Virus record (IMG/VR): IMGVR_UViG_3300029448_006778
Coordinates: 1-55,700 of that record
From: a virus
Taxonomy: Duplodnaviria > Caudoviricetes
Reading direction: 5' to 3' (one strand)
DNA: 55,700 nt
A program made the position numbers and the translations under genes. Numbering within the stretch: the stretch's first letter is position 1; each line of letters begins with the position of its first letter. Below the pieces are notes generated by a model. The model saw nothing but the letters and a program-made list of their open reading frames with translations, was not told the origin of the DNA and ran no database searches. Positions 37,180 through 46,570 of the stretch are shown here, one piece after another.

Positions 37180-37965
37180 TTAGTAATCTGAAAAATCCTT
37201 AGAATATTTAAATGTTTGAAAATCTTCTGTGAATAAATCATATACAATTTTTTTTGATTTTTCAGTATAAAAATCTTTCCAAGATGGTAAATATTTTTCT
37301 GTTTCATTTTTGTTCATATCTAAACCAAGATTTTCAGTATCACCCCACATTGTACAAGAATCGTAACCACTTATCTTTCTTTCACTTTCAATTTCTAATA
37401 TTTTGTTCATAGTTGGATGTGTTTGTATCTCACTAATATCCACTCGTTCAAAATCTTCTATTGGAAAATTACTTAACTCGTTTACATATGAATGAGCATG
37501 TCCATCAACAATATTACCCTTTTTGAATTCTTCACAAAAATGTTGAAAACTTTTTTGCCATTCTTCTTTAGTCATATCCTCTAATGTGGTTTTTAATTCT
37601 ATCGGTTTATAATCTTTAAAATCATCTATTACTTCATACTGATAAACTTTTTTATTATTTTCTGTATGTTGTACACTTATTTTATATCCAAATGCCCATA
37701 CTGAAAGAAACCTTTCATATGGATTTCTTGTAATTATAACTTTATGTAAGTTTTTATATACTTCCTTATCCATTTGTAGATAAAACCAAGATGATCTTCT
37801 AAATGAAGTATGTGGTATTTGTATCCATTGTTCAGGATAACACCACATTAAACAAGTTGTTAGATATGTTGAGGCTACCTTTTGATTAACTATGATTATT
37901 GCACTTAATTCTGATATATTTGAATTTGAAAGAGGGCCACCTGTTGATACAATATTTATTGGCAT
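37180..37965 (-). CDS. Sulfotransferase family 2-like protein
   Basis: 5'-PSB-like QKVASTYL, 3'-PB-like TRNPYERFLS, C-terminal EDFQTFKY. Confidence 0.7.
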   Translation of the reverse strand: MPINIVSTGGPLSNSNISELSAIIIVNQKVASTYLTTCLMWCYPEQWIQIPHTSFRRSSWFYLQMDKEVYKNLHKVIITRNPYERFLSVWAFGYKISVQHTENNKKVYQYEVIDDFKDYKPIELKTTLEDMTKEEWQKSFQHFCEEFKKGNIVDGHAHSYVNELSNFPIEDFERVDISEIQTHPTMNKILEIESERKISGYDSCTMWGDTENLGLDMNKNETEKYLPSWKDFYTEKSKKIVYDLFTEDFQTFKYSKDFSDY

Positions 37966-37966
37966 A

Positions 37967-39421
37967 TTAGTAAACCTTTACTTTATATTTTTTACTGAAT
38001 TCGACACCATCTTGATGTGAATTAACTATTGGTTGTCCTTTTATATTTAGACTTGTATTCAATACCATTGGACAACCTGTCTTCTTATAGAACTCCTTGA
38101 TTAATTTATAGTAACCTGGATTATCTAATTTACTTACGGTTTGTACTCTTGATGTATTATCAACATGACATATTGCAGGATACCTTTCTGGATACTTACA
38201 AGGTGCAGTAAATTGCATAAATTGACTTTTCTTTACTGGCATATCAAATATTTCATGGGCATGTTCTTCAAGGACGGATGGGGCGAATGGACGAAACTTC
38301 TGTCGATGTTTTATTTCATTCACCCTATCCTTAATCCCATCTCCTCTTGGGTCTGCCAACAAACTTCTATTTCCTAAAGCTCGTGGGCCGAACTCTGCTC
38401 TACCATTAGCAACTCCTACTATCTTACCCTCTAATAATTCTTTTAAAACTTTATCAATTGGATACTCACCTTTAATATCATAACCAAGAAAACAATTATC
38501 AAAATTTAGGTGTTCACCTAATACATATGCAGCACATCCCAATGAACTTCCACCATCTCCTGGATTTGGTATAATCCACAATGATGGATATAACTCTTCT
38601 GCAACCATAGAATTTGCAACACAATTTAATGCAACTCCACCACCATAACACATATTATCTGTTTCAGGAACTAACTCCTTTGTTTTGAGAAAAATTTCGT
38701 ATATCTCATCTTCTATAAGTGACTGAACATTTGCTGCTATATTAAACTTCCAATCTTCACTATCATCGTCTGGATAATGTATTGAGTCCCAACTCAAACA
38801 CCCTCGATGTAAATTTGCACCCATTAATTCTTTTAACTCTGATTTGATATCACGATTAGGTTTACCATATGCAGCCATACCCATTAGTATGTATTCATCT
38901 TCTTGTGGTTTTAATCCAAGTCGTTGTGTCATTGCACTATAGAATAGTCCAAGTGATTTAGGATATTTTTTTGAATATCGTTTTTCAAAGTTACTACCAT
39001 TTGCATACCAAATAGTTAATGTTTCAAATTCACCAATTGCATCTATACATACAATTGCACTCTCATCATATGGTGATGTATAATAGGATGCAGCAGCATG
39101 AGATTGGTGATGACTTACATATTCATCTATCTTGATACCAAATTGTTCTAAATGTGCAGATGGAAGATTATTTTTTGCAAATGCTTCTGAATATTGTCCT
39201 GCATATATTTGTCGTAACTTCTTACACCATGGTCTTTCAAAATACACAACCTTGTCCCAACCACCATATTGTTTTACATCTTCTATCATTTCCTTATTAA
39301 GAAGACTATCATTCTTGATACCACTATATCGTTCTGCATGTCCTGCATACAAAATATCTTTACCATCAAGTAGAGTTATACATGCATCGTGATTTAATGC
39401 GTTAATTCCTAATATTCTCAT
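37967..39421 (-). CDS. O-carbamoyltransferase (NodU/CmcH family)
   Basis: ILGINALNHDA, ERYS, HHQSHAA, DAIGE, EYILMGMAAYG, GGVALNC, EFGPRALGNRSLLADP, FRPFAP, LNTSLN. Confidence 0.95.
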   Translation of the reverse strand: MRILGINALNHDACITLLDGKDILYAGHAERYSGIKNDSLLNKEMIEDVKQYGGWDKVVYFERPWCKKLRQIYAGQYSEAFAKNNLPSAHLEQFGIKIDEYVSHHQSHAAASYYTSPYDESAIVCIDAIGEFETLTIWYANGSNFEKRYSKKYPKSLGLFYSAMTQRLGLKPQEDEYILMGMAAYGKPNRDIKSELKELMGANLHRGCLSWDSIHYPDDDSEDWKFNIAANVQSLIEDEIYEIFLKTKELVPETDNMCYGGGVALNCVANSMVAEELYPSLWIIPNPGDGGSSLGCAAYVLGEHLNFDNCFLGYDIKGEYPIDKVLKELLEGKIVGVANGRAEFGPRALGNRSLLADPRGDGIKDRVNEIKHRQKFRPFAPSVLEEHAHEIFDMPVKKSQFMQFTAPCKYPERYPAICHVDNTSRVQTVSKLDNPGYYKLIKEFYKKTGCPMVLNTSLNIKGQPIVNSHQDGVEFSKKYKVKVY

Positions 39422-39522
39422 TTGTAGATAAACGGGTCTCGTTTTTTAATTTCTTTAAGCCTTTTCTTAAAAAGATACCATCTTTTAACTTTATTATAGT
39501 ACTTTTTTATTATTTTAATCAT
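39418..39522 (-). CDS. 34-aa basic peptide coupled to the carbamoyltransferase (not in the ORF track)
   Basis: Hand translation MIKIIKKYYNKVKRWYLFKKRLKEIKKRDPFIYK; ATGA overlaps at both ends fill the gap exactly. Confidence 0.75.
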   Translation of the reverse strand: MIKIIKKYYNKVKRWYLFKKRLKEIKKRDPFIYK

Positions 39523-40976
39523 ACAACTTCGTCCTTTTTTATCTTAGAACATTCTTCCCAAAATTGTTTTATTTCAGGGAAGACTCCTAAAATATTTGTT
39601 TTTCTCCTCTTATCATGTTCTGTAAAAAATTGATAAAAGTCATATCTATTTCTCTTTAAACTCTTCTCGTCAATATCTCCTTGACACCAATCATAAATTC
39701 TCTGTAGTTTTTCCATTTCCATATGTGAAAATACATCATCACCTTTTTCAGTAAAACCTTTTTCTTGAATAGAGTGCATTAAATTAACTTGAGATTGAAT
39801 ATTTTCTTGAAATACTTTTGGTAAAATTCTAACACTTTGATGTGATGGATGTCTTAAATAAGATATGTCTGCAACAACCGAATTCGATGTGTATCTATCT
39901 ACCGAATTATACTTCTCTTTTAATAAATAGAGTTGTTCAATAAATAAGTCAAAATTAAATACACTTAATGCATTATAAGTAACCATAAAAGTTAATGATG
40001 GTTTTGTTAATTTAGTTAAAGTCTTTTCACAATTTTTCCAAAATGCTCTATAGTTTAAACCATGTCTAATATACTCAGATTTTGTTCCCCAACCATCTAT
40101 ACTTGTAAATATTTGAAAATCTTTTACCAAATTTCTCTCAGTAATAATTTTTACCTTTTCTATAAATTTATCCATTAATTCATCAGGTGCACCCATATTA
40201 GTATTTACCGATAACACAAGGTTTTTATTTGGTTTATCTGTTTTAATAATATAATCTAATACTTTAAAAGTATCTTTTGATAATAGTGGTTCACCACCTG
40301 TGATTCTAAATGTATGTAAATCTTGGTACAAGTCTGGCCACCATTTCCAAAATGCTTCTACATATGGATTTTCTTCTTTTTGTGGGATAGGCATTAATTG
40401 TGAATGTTTTAGTCCACCCAATGAATTAAATTTTGTTGTTGTTGGATAACCACCCTTGTCTTTTATTTCATTCATCCATTGTGTTGAAATGTGTGGTGCA
40501 CAATAACTACATTTAAAATTACAAGCATTAGAAAAAACTACTTCTACATAGGTTGGATTTACATTCTCTCTCCAATCAATCAAATAATTTTTATTATCTT
40601 TTTTATGTTGAATTTTGTCCCAAAATGATTTTGCCCAAGGTTCATTACTCTTTAATATTCTATCACTAAAAACATCACTATTATCTTCTACATTCCAACA
40701 ATAATCACACTCACTTGGTCTAGCATCTGTTAACATTTCTTTACGAGCATGTTTCTTATACCAAGTATTGTGTAGTGCAGATGGATCCTTTTTAATTTCA
40801 TCCAATGGTATCTTATGTGTTCTTGGATGATGACAAGAGTGTGTATGTCCATTTTGTAAATGTATTGTAACTTGCATCCACTTTGCAACACACATACCAC
40901 AACCAACTGAATCTAATCTTCCCTTGGTTTTATTTAACTCATGTACATCTTTTTCTGCTTGTGTTTTCATTCCCAT
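39519..40976 (-). CDS. Radical SAM protein with an N-terminal twitch-like Fe-S domain
   Basis: CVAKW...HSCHHP...ECDYCW, CNFKCSYC, ITGGEPL, NTN. Confidence 0.88.
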   Translation of the reverse strand: MGMKTQAEKDVHELNKTKGRLDSVGCGMCVAKWMQVTIHLQNGHTHSCHHPRTHKIPLDEIKKDPSALHNTWYKKHARKEMLTDARPSECDYCWNVEDNSDVFSDRILKSNEPWAKSFWDKIQHKKDNKNYLIDWRENVNPTYVEVVFSNACNFKCSYCAPHISTQWMNEIKDKGGYPTTTKFNSLGGLKHSQLMPIPQKEENPYVEAFWKWWPDLYQDLHTFRITGGEPLLSKDTFKVLDYIIKTDKPNKNLVLSVNTNMGAPDELMDKFIEKVKIITERNLVKDFQIFTSIDGWGTKSEYIRHGLNYRAFWKNCEKTLTKLTKPSLTFMVTYNALSVFNFDLFIEQLYLLKEKYNSVDRYTSNSVVADISYLRHPSHQSVRILPKVFQENIQSQVNLMHSIQEKGFTEKGDDVFSHMEMEKLQRIYDWCQGDIDEKSLKRNRYDFYQFFTEHDKRRKTNILGVFPEIKQFWEECSKIKKDEVV

Positions 40977-42472
40977 TCTGGTATATTCTCATGTCTACAT
41001 ATAAAATTTATAAAATCATGTCGTCCAAGTTTGTCTACTGAATCAACTTCGTATTTTAAATCAGATACACCATCTTGTTTAGTGTCCCAAAGTCCATATT
41101 GTACTTCACTAAAAAATCGTTTCTCATTTCTACTTGTATCTTCTTGGAATACAAAACGATTATTTACAATTCCATTGATTGGATGTTTTAATGATTTAAA
41201 TCTACCATTTCTACGATGTGGTACAATTGTATGTTCTATATCATCAAGTTCTGTAAAATCCCAATCACATCCATGATTTACTCCATGATTTTCATTTCCA
41301 CTTAAATCATAAACAAAATTCTCATCTATTTTTTTGAAATCATAATATAATTTACAATCTTCAACTTCATTCAAATCAGTATAATCACTTTCGTATATTT
41401 TTTTTATTTCTTCTTTTGTTAAAACTCTATTCCACATTCCGAGTTGAGATACTTCTCCGTAAAAATAATTATTTGGTGAAACATCTGTTGGATTTTTTAC
41501 ACCAAGATAATATGGTAATCCACCATACCTCTTTGGTTTTCCACTCATCTTTAATGGTGACTCTACTCCATGTCCAAATCTTGCATCGGACTCTTCCCCA
41601 TTCATATAGAATCGTATTTCTTCTGTTTCTGAATCCATTGTGACTAATAAATGTGTCCAAGTATCAGGGTTTCTTTTCAACCACATATAGTTATGGTTAT
41701 TTTTATAATCATACATAGAAAAAGAATATGCACGAGAGTTATCATATGCAAATCCCATTTGATAACCAGGTCGTCCTAAAATATAATTGTGTACATATTT
41801 TCTATTTTTTAAGTCACCAATTAAATACATTGGTATATCAAAGTTATCAAAAGACTTTACTAAAATACTCCAAGTAAAACTATCTGTTGTTAGTTCTCTT
41901 AATGTAGGTGTTGGTGGAATTTCTATATAAGAGTCTATACCATCAAACGAAACTGAACCTACCTCTTTATTAGACTTCGATAATTTTTGTCTGTTAACGA
42001 ATCCCTCTTGTTCACATCTCCATAACAAATCATCATCTTCCATACCCCAATTCCAATAATCATTTGAATAACCATTGATTTGTTCATATTGTTCTTTTGT
42101 AAAAAGAACTGCACCACCAAAATATTGAATAGATGGTAACATATAATCAAACTGACTTATATGTACTGCAATATGTTTTGGATGTTCTTTAGGATAACTA
42201 TAATCACAAGTTTCATCTTCAGGTAACATATCTATATCGTGAAAACAAAAATAATCATATCCTTGTTTTACTGCTTCTGCAAATGCAATATTTTTTGCAG
42301 TTCCACGATTAAACCTAAGAATAGTATCAGGTTCAATTTGATTTGCAACAAATATTTTAAATTCTATATCAGGATGATACTTTTCCATAAAGTTTTCCAT
42401 ATGTGGAATAAATTCATCCAAATGTTCTTTTCTACGATAATGTGGAACACATATTGCTAATTTCTTACTCAT
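40967..42472 (-). CDS. GT7 beta-1,4-galactosyltransferase-like enzyme with inserted LamG/ConA domain
   Basis: VPHYRR, FNRG..KN, FHDIDMLP, YFGG, NGYSNDYWNWGMEDDDL, then SFDGIDSY...WTHL...YMNG, then RNGRFKSLKH...DGVSDL. Confidence 0.8.
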   Translation of the reverse strand: MSKKLAICVPHYRRKEHLDEFIPHMENFMEKYHPDIEFKIFVANQIEPDTILRFNRGTAKNIAFAEAVKQGYDYFCFHDIDMLPEDETCDYSYPKEHPKHIAVHISQFDYMLPSIQYFGGAVLFTKEQYEQINGYSNDYWNWGMEDDDLLWRCEQEGFVNRQKLSKSNKEVGSVSFDGIDSYIEIPPTPTLRELTTDSFTWSILVKSFDNFDIPMYLIGDLKNRKYVHNYILGRPGYQMGFAYDNSRAYSFSMYDYKNNHNYMWLKRNPDTWTHLLVTMDSETEEIRFYMNGEESDARFGHGVESPLKMSGKPKRYGGLPYYLGVKNPTDVSPNNYFYGEVSQLGMWNRVLTKEEIKKIYESDYTDLNEVEDCKLYYDFKKIDENFVYDLSGNENHGVNHGCDWDFTELDDIEHTIVPHRRNGRFKSLKHPINGIVNNRFVFQEDTSRNEKRFFSEVQYGLWDTKQDGVSDLKYEVDSVDKLGRHDFINFICRHENIPEWE

Positions 42473-43919
42473 TCGTAACACTCACTACTTTTATATTATT
42501 ATTATCTTCTTTATTGACTACTTTATAATCTAACGATGATAATCCATCTTTTGAATAATCTTCCAAGTCTGTTCTAACCAAATTAAAAAATCTTATTTGA
42601 TTTTCTCTTGATCTCCAATCTTTATATTTTGTTGATTGCCATCCATTACTTTCATGGTCAAGACAAATAAACTTACCATCTCGTCTTGTCGGTAAAGATT
42701 TCTTTTCACCTATTTGTAATTCTGATTTTCTTCTTATTGCACCATAGATTTCACCATTATGGTTATACTTTGAAGAGTCTTTAACTTTATTCTCTTGTAT
42801 GTTTTCAAAGTCATAACTTAATATTAAATCATCAACAAAAGAATATTCATTTTTTGGTTTAGTAACATCGTGTGGTACACCATCATTAAATAATTGTCTT
42901 ACTGCTCTTCTATCAGTAAATCTTTTCCACATACTAACTTGTGCAATTCTACCACTAAACCAATTATTATCTTTTGGTAATTTCGGACTTGCACATCCTA
43001 TGAATAATGAATCACTTTTTTTATTAATACTAAGATTACCAAAGTAATTTGATGGTGAGTTGTCTACTTCATTTCCATTTACATATAGTGATAATGTTTT
43101 TGATACTGAATCTACACTAAAAACCACATGACTCCATTGTTCTGACATCTTGTGACTAACTACCATTGCCTGTTCTGAATTTGTATTCCACACACCACCT
43201 TTATATTGTTGTGCACTTGTCCAACAAATACCAGAATGATAACCAGGTTTACACATTAAGTGAAACTCATCATAATCCTTTTGTCTATCTATTTCTAATT
43301 TATCGGATGGTTCTACCCACATTTCCATTGTGTAGGATCGTTCAAATGTTTTATTCATTATTGGTGATGAATCAACTTCTATATAATCTCCTGGTGAGAA
43401 ATACATTAAGTTAATAAATGGATTACTGAATTGTTTTGAAGAGACAAGTTCTTCATTCATAGGAACACCACTTTGTCTGCACCTATATAATAAGTCATCG
43501 TCTTCAAATCCCCAACCCCAATATTCATTTGAGAATCCATTAATTACTTCAAAGTGTTGAACTGGAAACATCGTTACCCCACCAAAGTATTCAGGATATG
43601 GTAATTTATACTTATTGTTCGACAACTTTGTTGCAAGATGAGTCGGTCTATCCACCCATGAATAGTCACATGATTCATCTTCTGGTAACATATCAACATC
43701 GTGAAATACTACATAATCACATTTTAATTGTTTAGATATATCAAATCCAATATTACATAACCAACCTCGATTAAAAGGTAAGTCATTTGCCTGTTCGACT
43801 ATTATGATTTCATAATCAACAATGTTCTGTGATTGTAATCTGTCTTCTATTGATGGTATAAACCGAGAAAGATGTTCTTCTCTGTCCCTATACGGAACTA
43901 CTATACCAAGTTTTGACAT
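42465..43919 (-). CDS. GT7 beta-1,4-galactosyltransferase-like enzyme with inserted LamG/ConA domain
   Basis: VPYRDREEHL, FNRGWLCNIGF, FHDVDMLP, YFGGV, NGFSNEYWGWGFEDDDL, LamG-type WSHVVF...LYVNG, then RDGKFICLDH...DGLSSL. Confidence 0.85.
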   Translation of the reverse strand: MSKLGIVVPYRDREEHLSRFIPSIEDRLQSQNIVDYEIIIVEQANDLPFNRGWLCNIGFDISKQLKCDYVVFHDVDMLPEDESCDYSWVDRPTHLATKLSNNKYKLPYPEYFGGVTMFPVQHFEVINGFSNEYWGWGFEDDDLLYRCRQSGVPMNEELVSSKQFSNPFINLMYFSPGDYIEVDSSPIMNKTFERSYTMEMWVEPSDKLEIDRQKDYDEFHLMCKPGYHSGICWTSAQQYKGGVWNTNSEQAMVVSHKMSEQWSHVVFSVDSVSKTLSLYVNGNEVDNSPSNYFGNLSINKKSDSLFIGCASPKLPKDNNWFSGRIAQVSMWKRFTDRRAVRQLFNDGVPHDVTKPKNEYSFVDDLILSYDFENIQENKVKDSSKYNHNGEIYGAIRRKSELQIGEKKSLPTRRDGKFICLDHESNGWQSTKYKDWRSRENQIRFFNLVRTDLEDYSKDGLSSLDYKVVNKEDNNNIKVVSVTNE

Positions 43920-44236
43920 TATTTTTTACCGAATATATTCTTTAATACTCCACCACTTTGTTCTTCTTGTGCTTGTGGTTGTGGTACTGGTTGTTGTACA
44001 TATTGAACTGGTTGTTGTGCAGGTTGTTGTGGTGTATTTTGTGGTGATTGATTCAATCCCATCTGATACATTTCCCATAACTTCCAATCAATTGCTTCTA
44101 ACTTCTCTTCGATACTTGTTAATGCACGAAGTAGTAATGCAAAGTTATCATTTGTACTCATTCCACTATCAAGAGCATCTCTTGCATCTTTGATATCTGA
44201 TTTTGTATCTGTTGTACTTGTTTTTTTAGTTGCCAT
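43919..44236 (-). CDS. Small protein with a coiled coil and Q/P-rich linker
   Basis: AGGAG SD; LTSIEEKLEAIDWKLWE followed by QQPAQQPVQYVQQPVPQPQ. Confidence 0.7.
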   Translation of the reverse strand: MATKKTSTTDTKSDIKDARDALDSGMSTNDNFALLLRALTSIEEKLEAIDWKLWEMYQMGLNQSPQNTPQQPAQQPVQYVQQPVPQPQAQEEQSGGVLKNIFGKK

Positions 44237-44250
44237 TTTTTAACTCCTTG

Positions 44251-45717
44251 TTATCCTTGAACTAATAATTTACAATGTCTATCCCAAAATGGTTCAGCCT
44301 TTAAAACTCTGTATCTACATTCTGTAAGATCATTTGTAATTTTTTTGTTTGTTAAATTTTGTAATAAAACCATATTCTTATTTGCAGTTTTACCTGTATA
44401 ATTTGTTTTGTCTAATTTTTCGAATTCATTTCCTATATAACCAAAGTTTCCTCTATCCCTTAAAGGTAAATATAACTCAGATTTCTCTTTAACTACATTT
44501 ATTTTTGGTATTACGAAATTTGTTAAAATCATGTTATTTCCATGTCCACTTTCGTCCCAAATTATTGATTTGTAACCAGAATTATAATTGTAATAACCTA
44601 TAGGTCTCTCTACAACATAATCTTCTTTACTCATTATATTGTTTTTATATAATTTATACAAAGAATTTTCATTCAATGTTATATCAAAAAAAGATAATTC
44701 ACCAATAGATATATCAGAAAAACATCTTGAAGTTTGTGTACTATTGGTTGCACACCCAACAAATATTGGTGTATTATATTGGTATTTTTTTAATGGTTTT
44801 TCTATAAAAGTAGAACCAACCAACGAACCATTTACATACATATTTGAAGTCTTGGTTTCTATCGAATAGTTCATAGACACAAAATACCAAACATCAGTTT
44901 GTACTGGATAATCACCTACTCTAATATATTCATCTTTAGCATTCCACAAATTACAAGAAATAAAAGTTTGTTTATCACCTCTCTGTTTCTTTGTGAATTT
45001 TATACCACTATGATAACCACTTCTACTAAATACATATGATTCTTTTTCTATTTCTTCGTCTAATTTTACCCAAACATTACAAGTAAAATTACCATTAAAC
45101 AATCTTTTCATGTCTTTAGTAACTGGATTAATAACACCATAGTTTCCATAATCTATCTTAATACCATTCATAACTCTTTCTTTTTTAATTTTCTTATCCA
45201 TAGGATATCCAAGTTTATTTAACTTATACAACATATGTAAATCTTCATATCCATCTCCCCAAAAGTTATTTGAAAACCCACCTACATTTTCAAATACTTC
45301 CTTACTGAACATCAATGCTCCATTATAAAAATAGTCATTCGGTAAGTTTTCTCCATCTGGTCTAAAATCAGGGTGAACACCAAAACTTATCTCGTCTATA
45401 GAATTAACCAAACACTTAGGTCTATCATCAAACTCATAGTTACAATATTCATTCAATGGAATAAAATCAGTTCTGTGAAAAACAATATAATCAAAATCGT
45501 AATTCGTTGATAATGATTTTATCAATGCCTCTCTACCATATACGAATCCTATATTAAATAATTTACCATAGTTTATAACTTTTTTATTTGACTTCAAATC
45601 AACTATCAGTATTTTAAATTCAATATCCTTACCTTTAAAAAACTCTTCCATATGTGCTACAAAATTTTCAGTATGTGTTTCTGAATAATCTGTAACTATT
45701 AGTAATTTATGTTTCAT
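44251..45717 (-). CDS. Degenerate GT7-LamG paralog
   Basis: Same architecture, but FHRTDFIP replaces FHDVD and WGDGYEDLHM replaces WGWGxEDDD. Confidence 0.7.
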   Translation of the reverse strand: MKHKLLIVTDYSETHTENFVAHMEEFFKGKDIEFKILIVDLKSNKKVINYGKLFNIGFVYGREALIKSLSTNYDFDYIVFHRTDFIPLNEYCNYEFDDRPKCLVNSIDEISFGVHPDFRPDGENLPNDYFYNGALMFSKEVFENVGGFSNNFWGDGYEDLHMLYKLNKLGYPMDKKIKKERVMNGIKIDYGNYGVINPVTKDMKRLFNGNFTCNVWVKLDEEIEKESYVFSRSGYHSGIKFTKKQRGDKQTFISCNLWNAKDEYIRVGDYPVQTDVWYFVSMNYSIETKTSNMYVNGSLVGSTFIEKPLKKYQYNTPIFVGCATNSTQTSRCFSDISIGELSFFDITLNENSLYKLYKNNIMSKEDYVVERPIGYYNYNSGYKSIIWDESGHGNNMILTNFVIPKINVVKEKSELYLPLRDRGNFGYIGNEFEKLDKTNYTGKTANKNMVLLQNLTNKKITNDLTECRYRVLKAEPFWDRHCKLLVQG

Positions 45718-46570
45718 ACTTATAACGATAGTTTATACATTTTTCTCTAATCAAATTCCATCTCGAATATGATTTTTTTGTTATATCTTCAAATAAAAAT
45801 TCATTGGTATTAATTTTTAAATTGTTATCCAATAAATAATCCCACATTCTTTTATATTCTTCGTGGTAAGAATAATCTGTTTTAGTCATAACGACTTGTC
45901 TTAGTCTTTCGTAACATTCATAATCCCATTTGAAGTGATGAACTTGTACAAAACAATCATCTACTGGATATCTATTTGGATGATTCCACCTATCACCATA
46001 AGTATCTTCCCCATCAAATACTGCATAGTGTTGTCCTGATGATATTTGTACATTTCCCTTACACAATACAATTTTATTTGGACATGCATTAGATATAGGT
46101 TCACGAAAGAATCCAGCTAATGGAAAAGTTTCCCATAAATCAGAATCTTTTGTTAATCTTGGAAATGTTCCACCACTACCTAATCTATCTAAAAATCCAC
46201 CTGTTACAAAATCATAATTTTTTATTTCACACTCTTGTATAATATCATCTATTGGTTTTGGATAAAATTGTAATTCATCATCATCTGCTACTATCCACCA
46301 ATCGTTAGGTTTTAACATTTTAGTTTCATTGTATAATTCTGTAACATGGTTCCAATCATATGGTGGATGTTCACTAACTTTATGTATTTTTAATTTATAG
46401 TTATCAAGTACTTCTTGTACTTGTTCTACCAATCTTGGATTGTTATTATTCTTATAAACAATAACATAAATATTATCTACTAAATCTATATAATGGTTTA
46501 ACATATGATATAACATAGTAGGATTGTGTCCACATACGGTAACTAAATTTTTGGTACTTTTACTGACCAA
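45707..46570 (-). CDS. GT-A fold glycosyltransferase (GT2/GT92-like)
   Basis: HMLNHY, WWIVADDDEL (DxD), GQH, VHHFKW. Confidence 0.7.
   Translation of the reverse strand: MVSKSTKNLVTVCGHNPTMLYHMLNHYIDLVDNIYVIVYKNNNNPRLVEQVQEVLDNYKLKIHKVSEHPPYDWNHVTELYNETKMLKPNDWWIVADDDELQFYPKPIDDIIQECEIKNYDFVTGGFLDRLGSGGTFPRLTKDSDLWETFPLAGFFREPISNACPNKIVLCKGNVQISSGQHYAVFDGEDTYGDRWNHPNRYPVDDCFVQVHHFKWDYECYERLRQVVMTKTDYSYHEEYKRMWDYLLDNNLKINTNEFLFEDITKKSYSRWNLIREKCINYRYKYET

Noticed and set aside
38260-38410. Locally GC-richer stretch in the carbamoyltransferase
   Set aside because: It coincides with conserved Gly/Pro/Arg/Ala-rich motifs (EFGPRALG, FRPFAP), so amino-acid content largely explains it.
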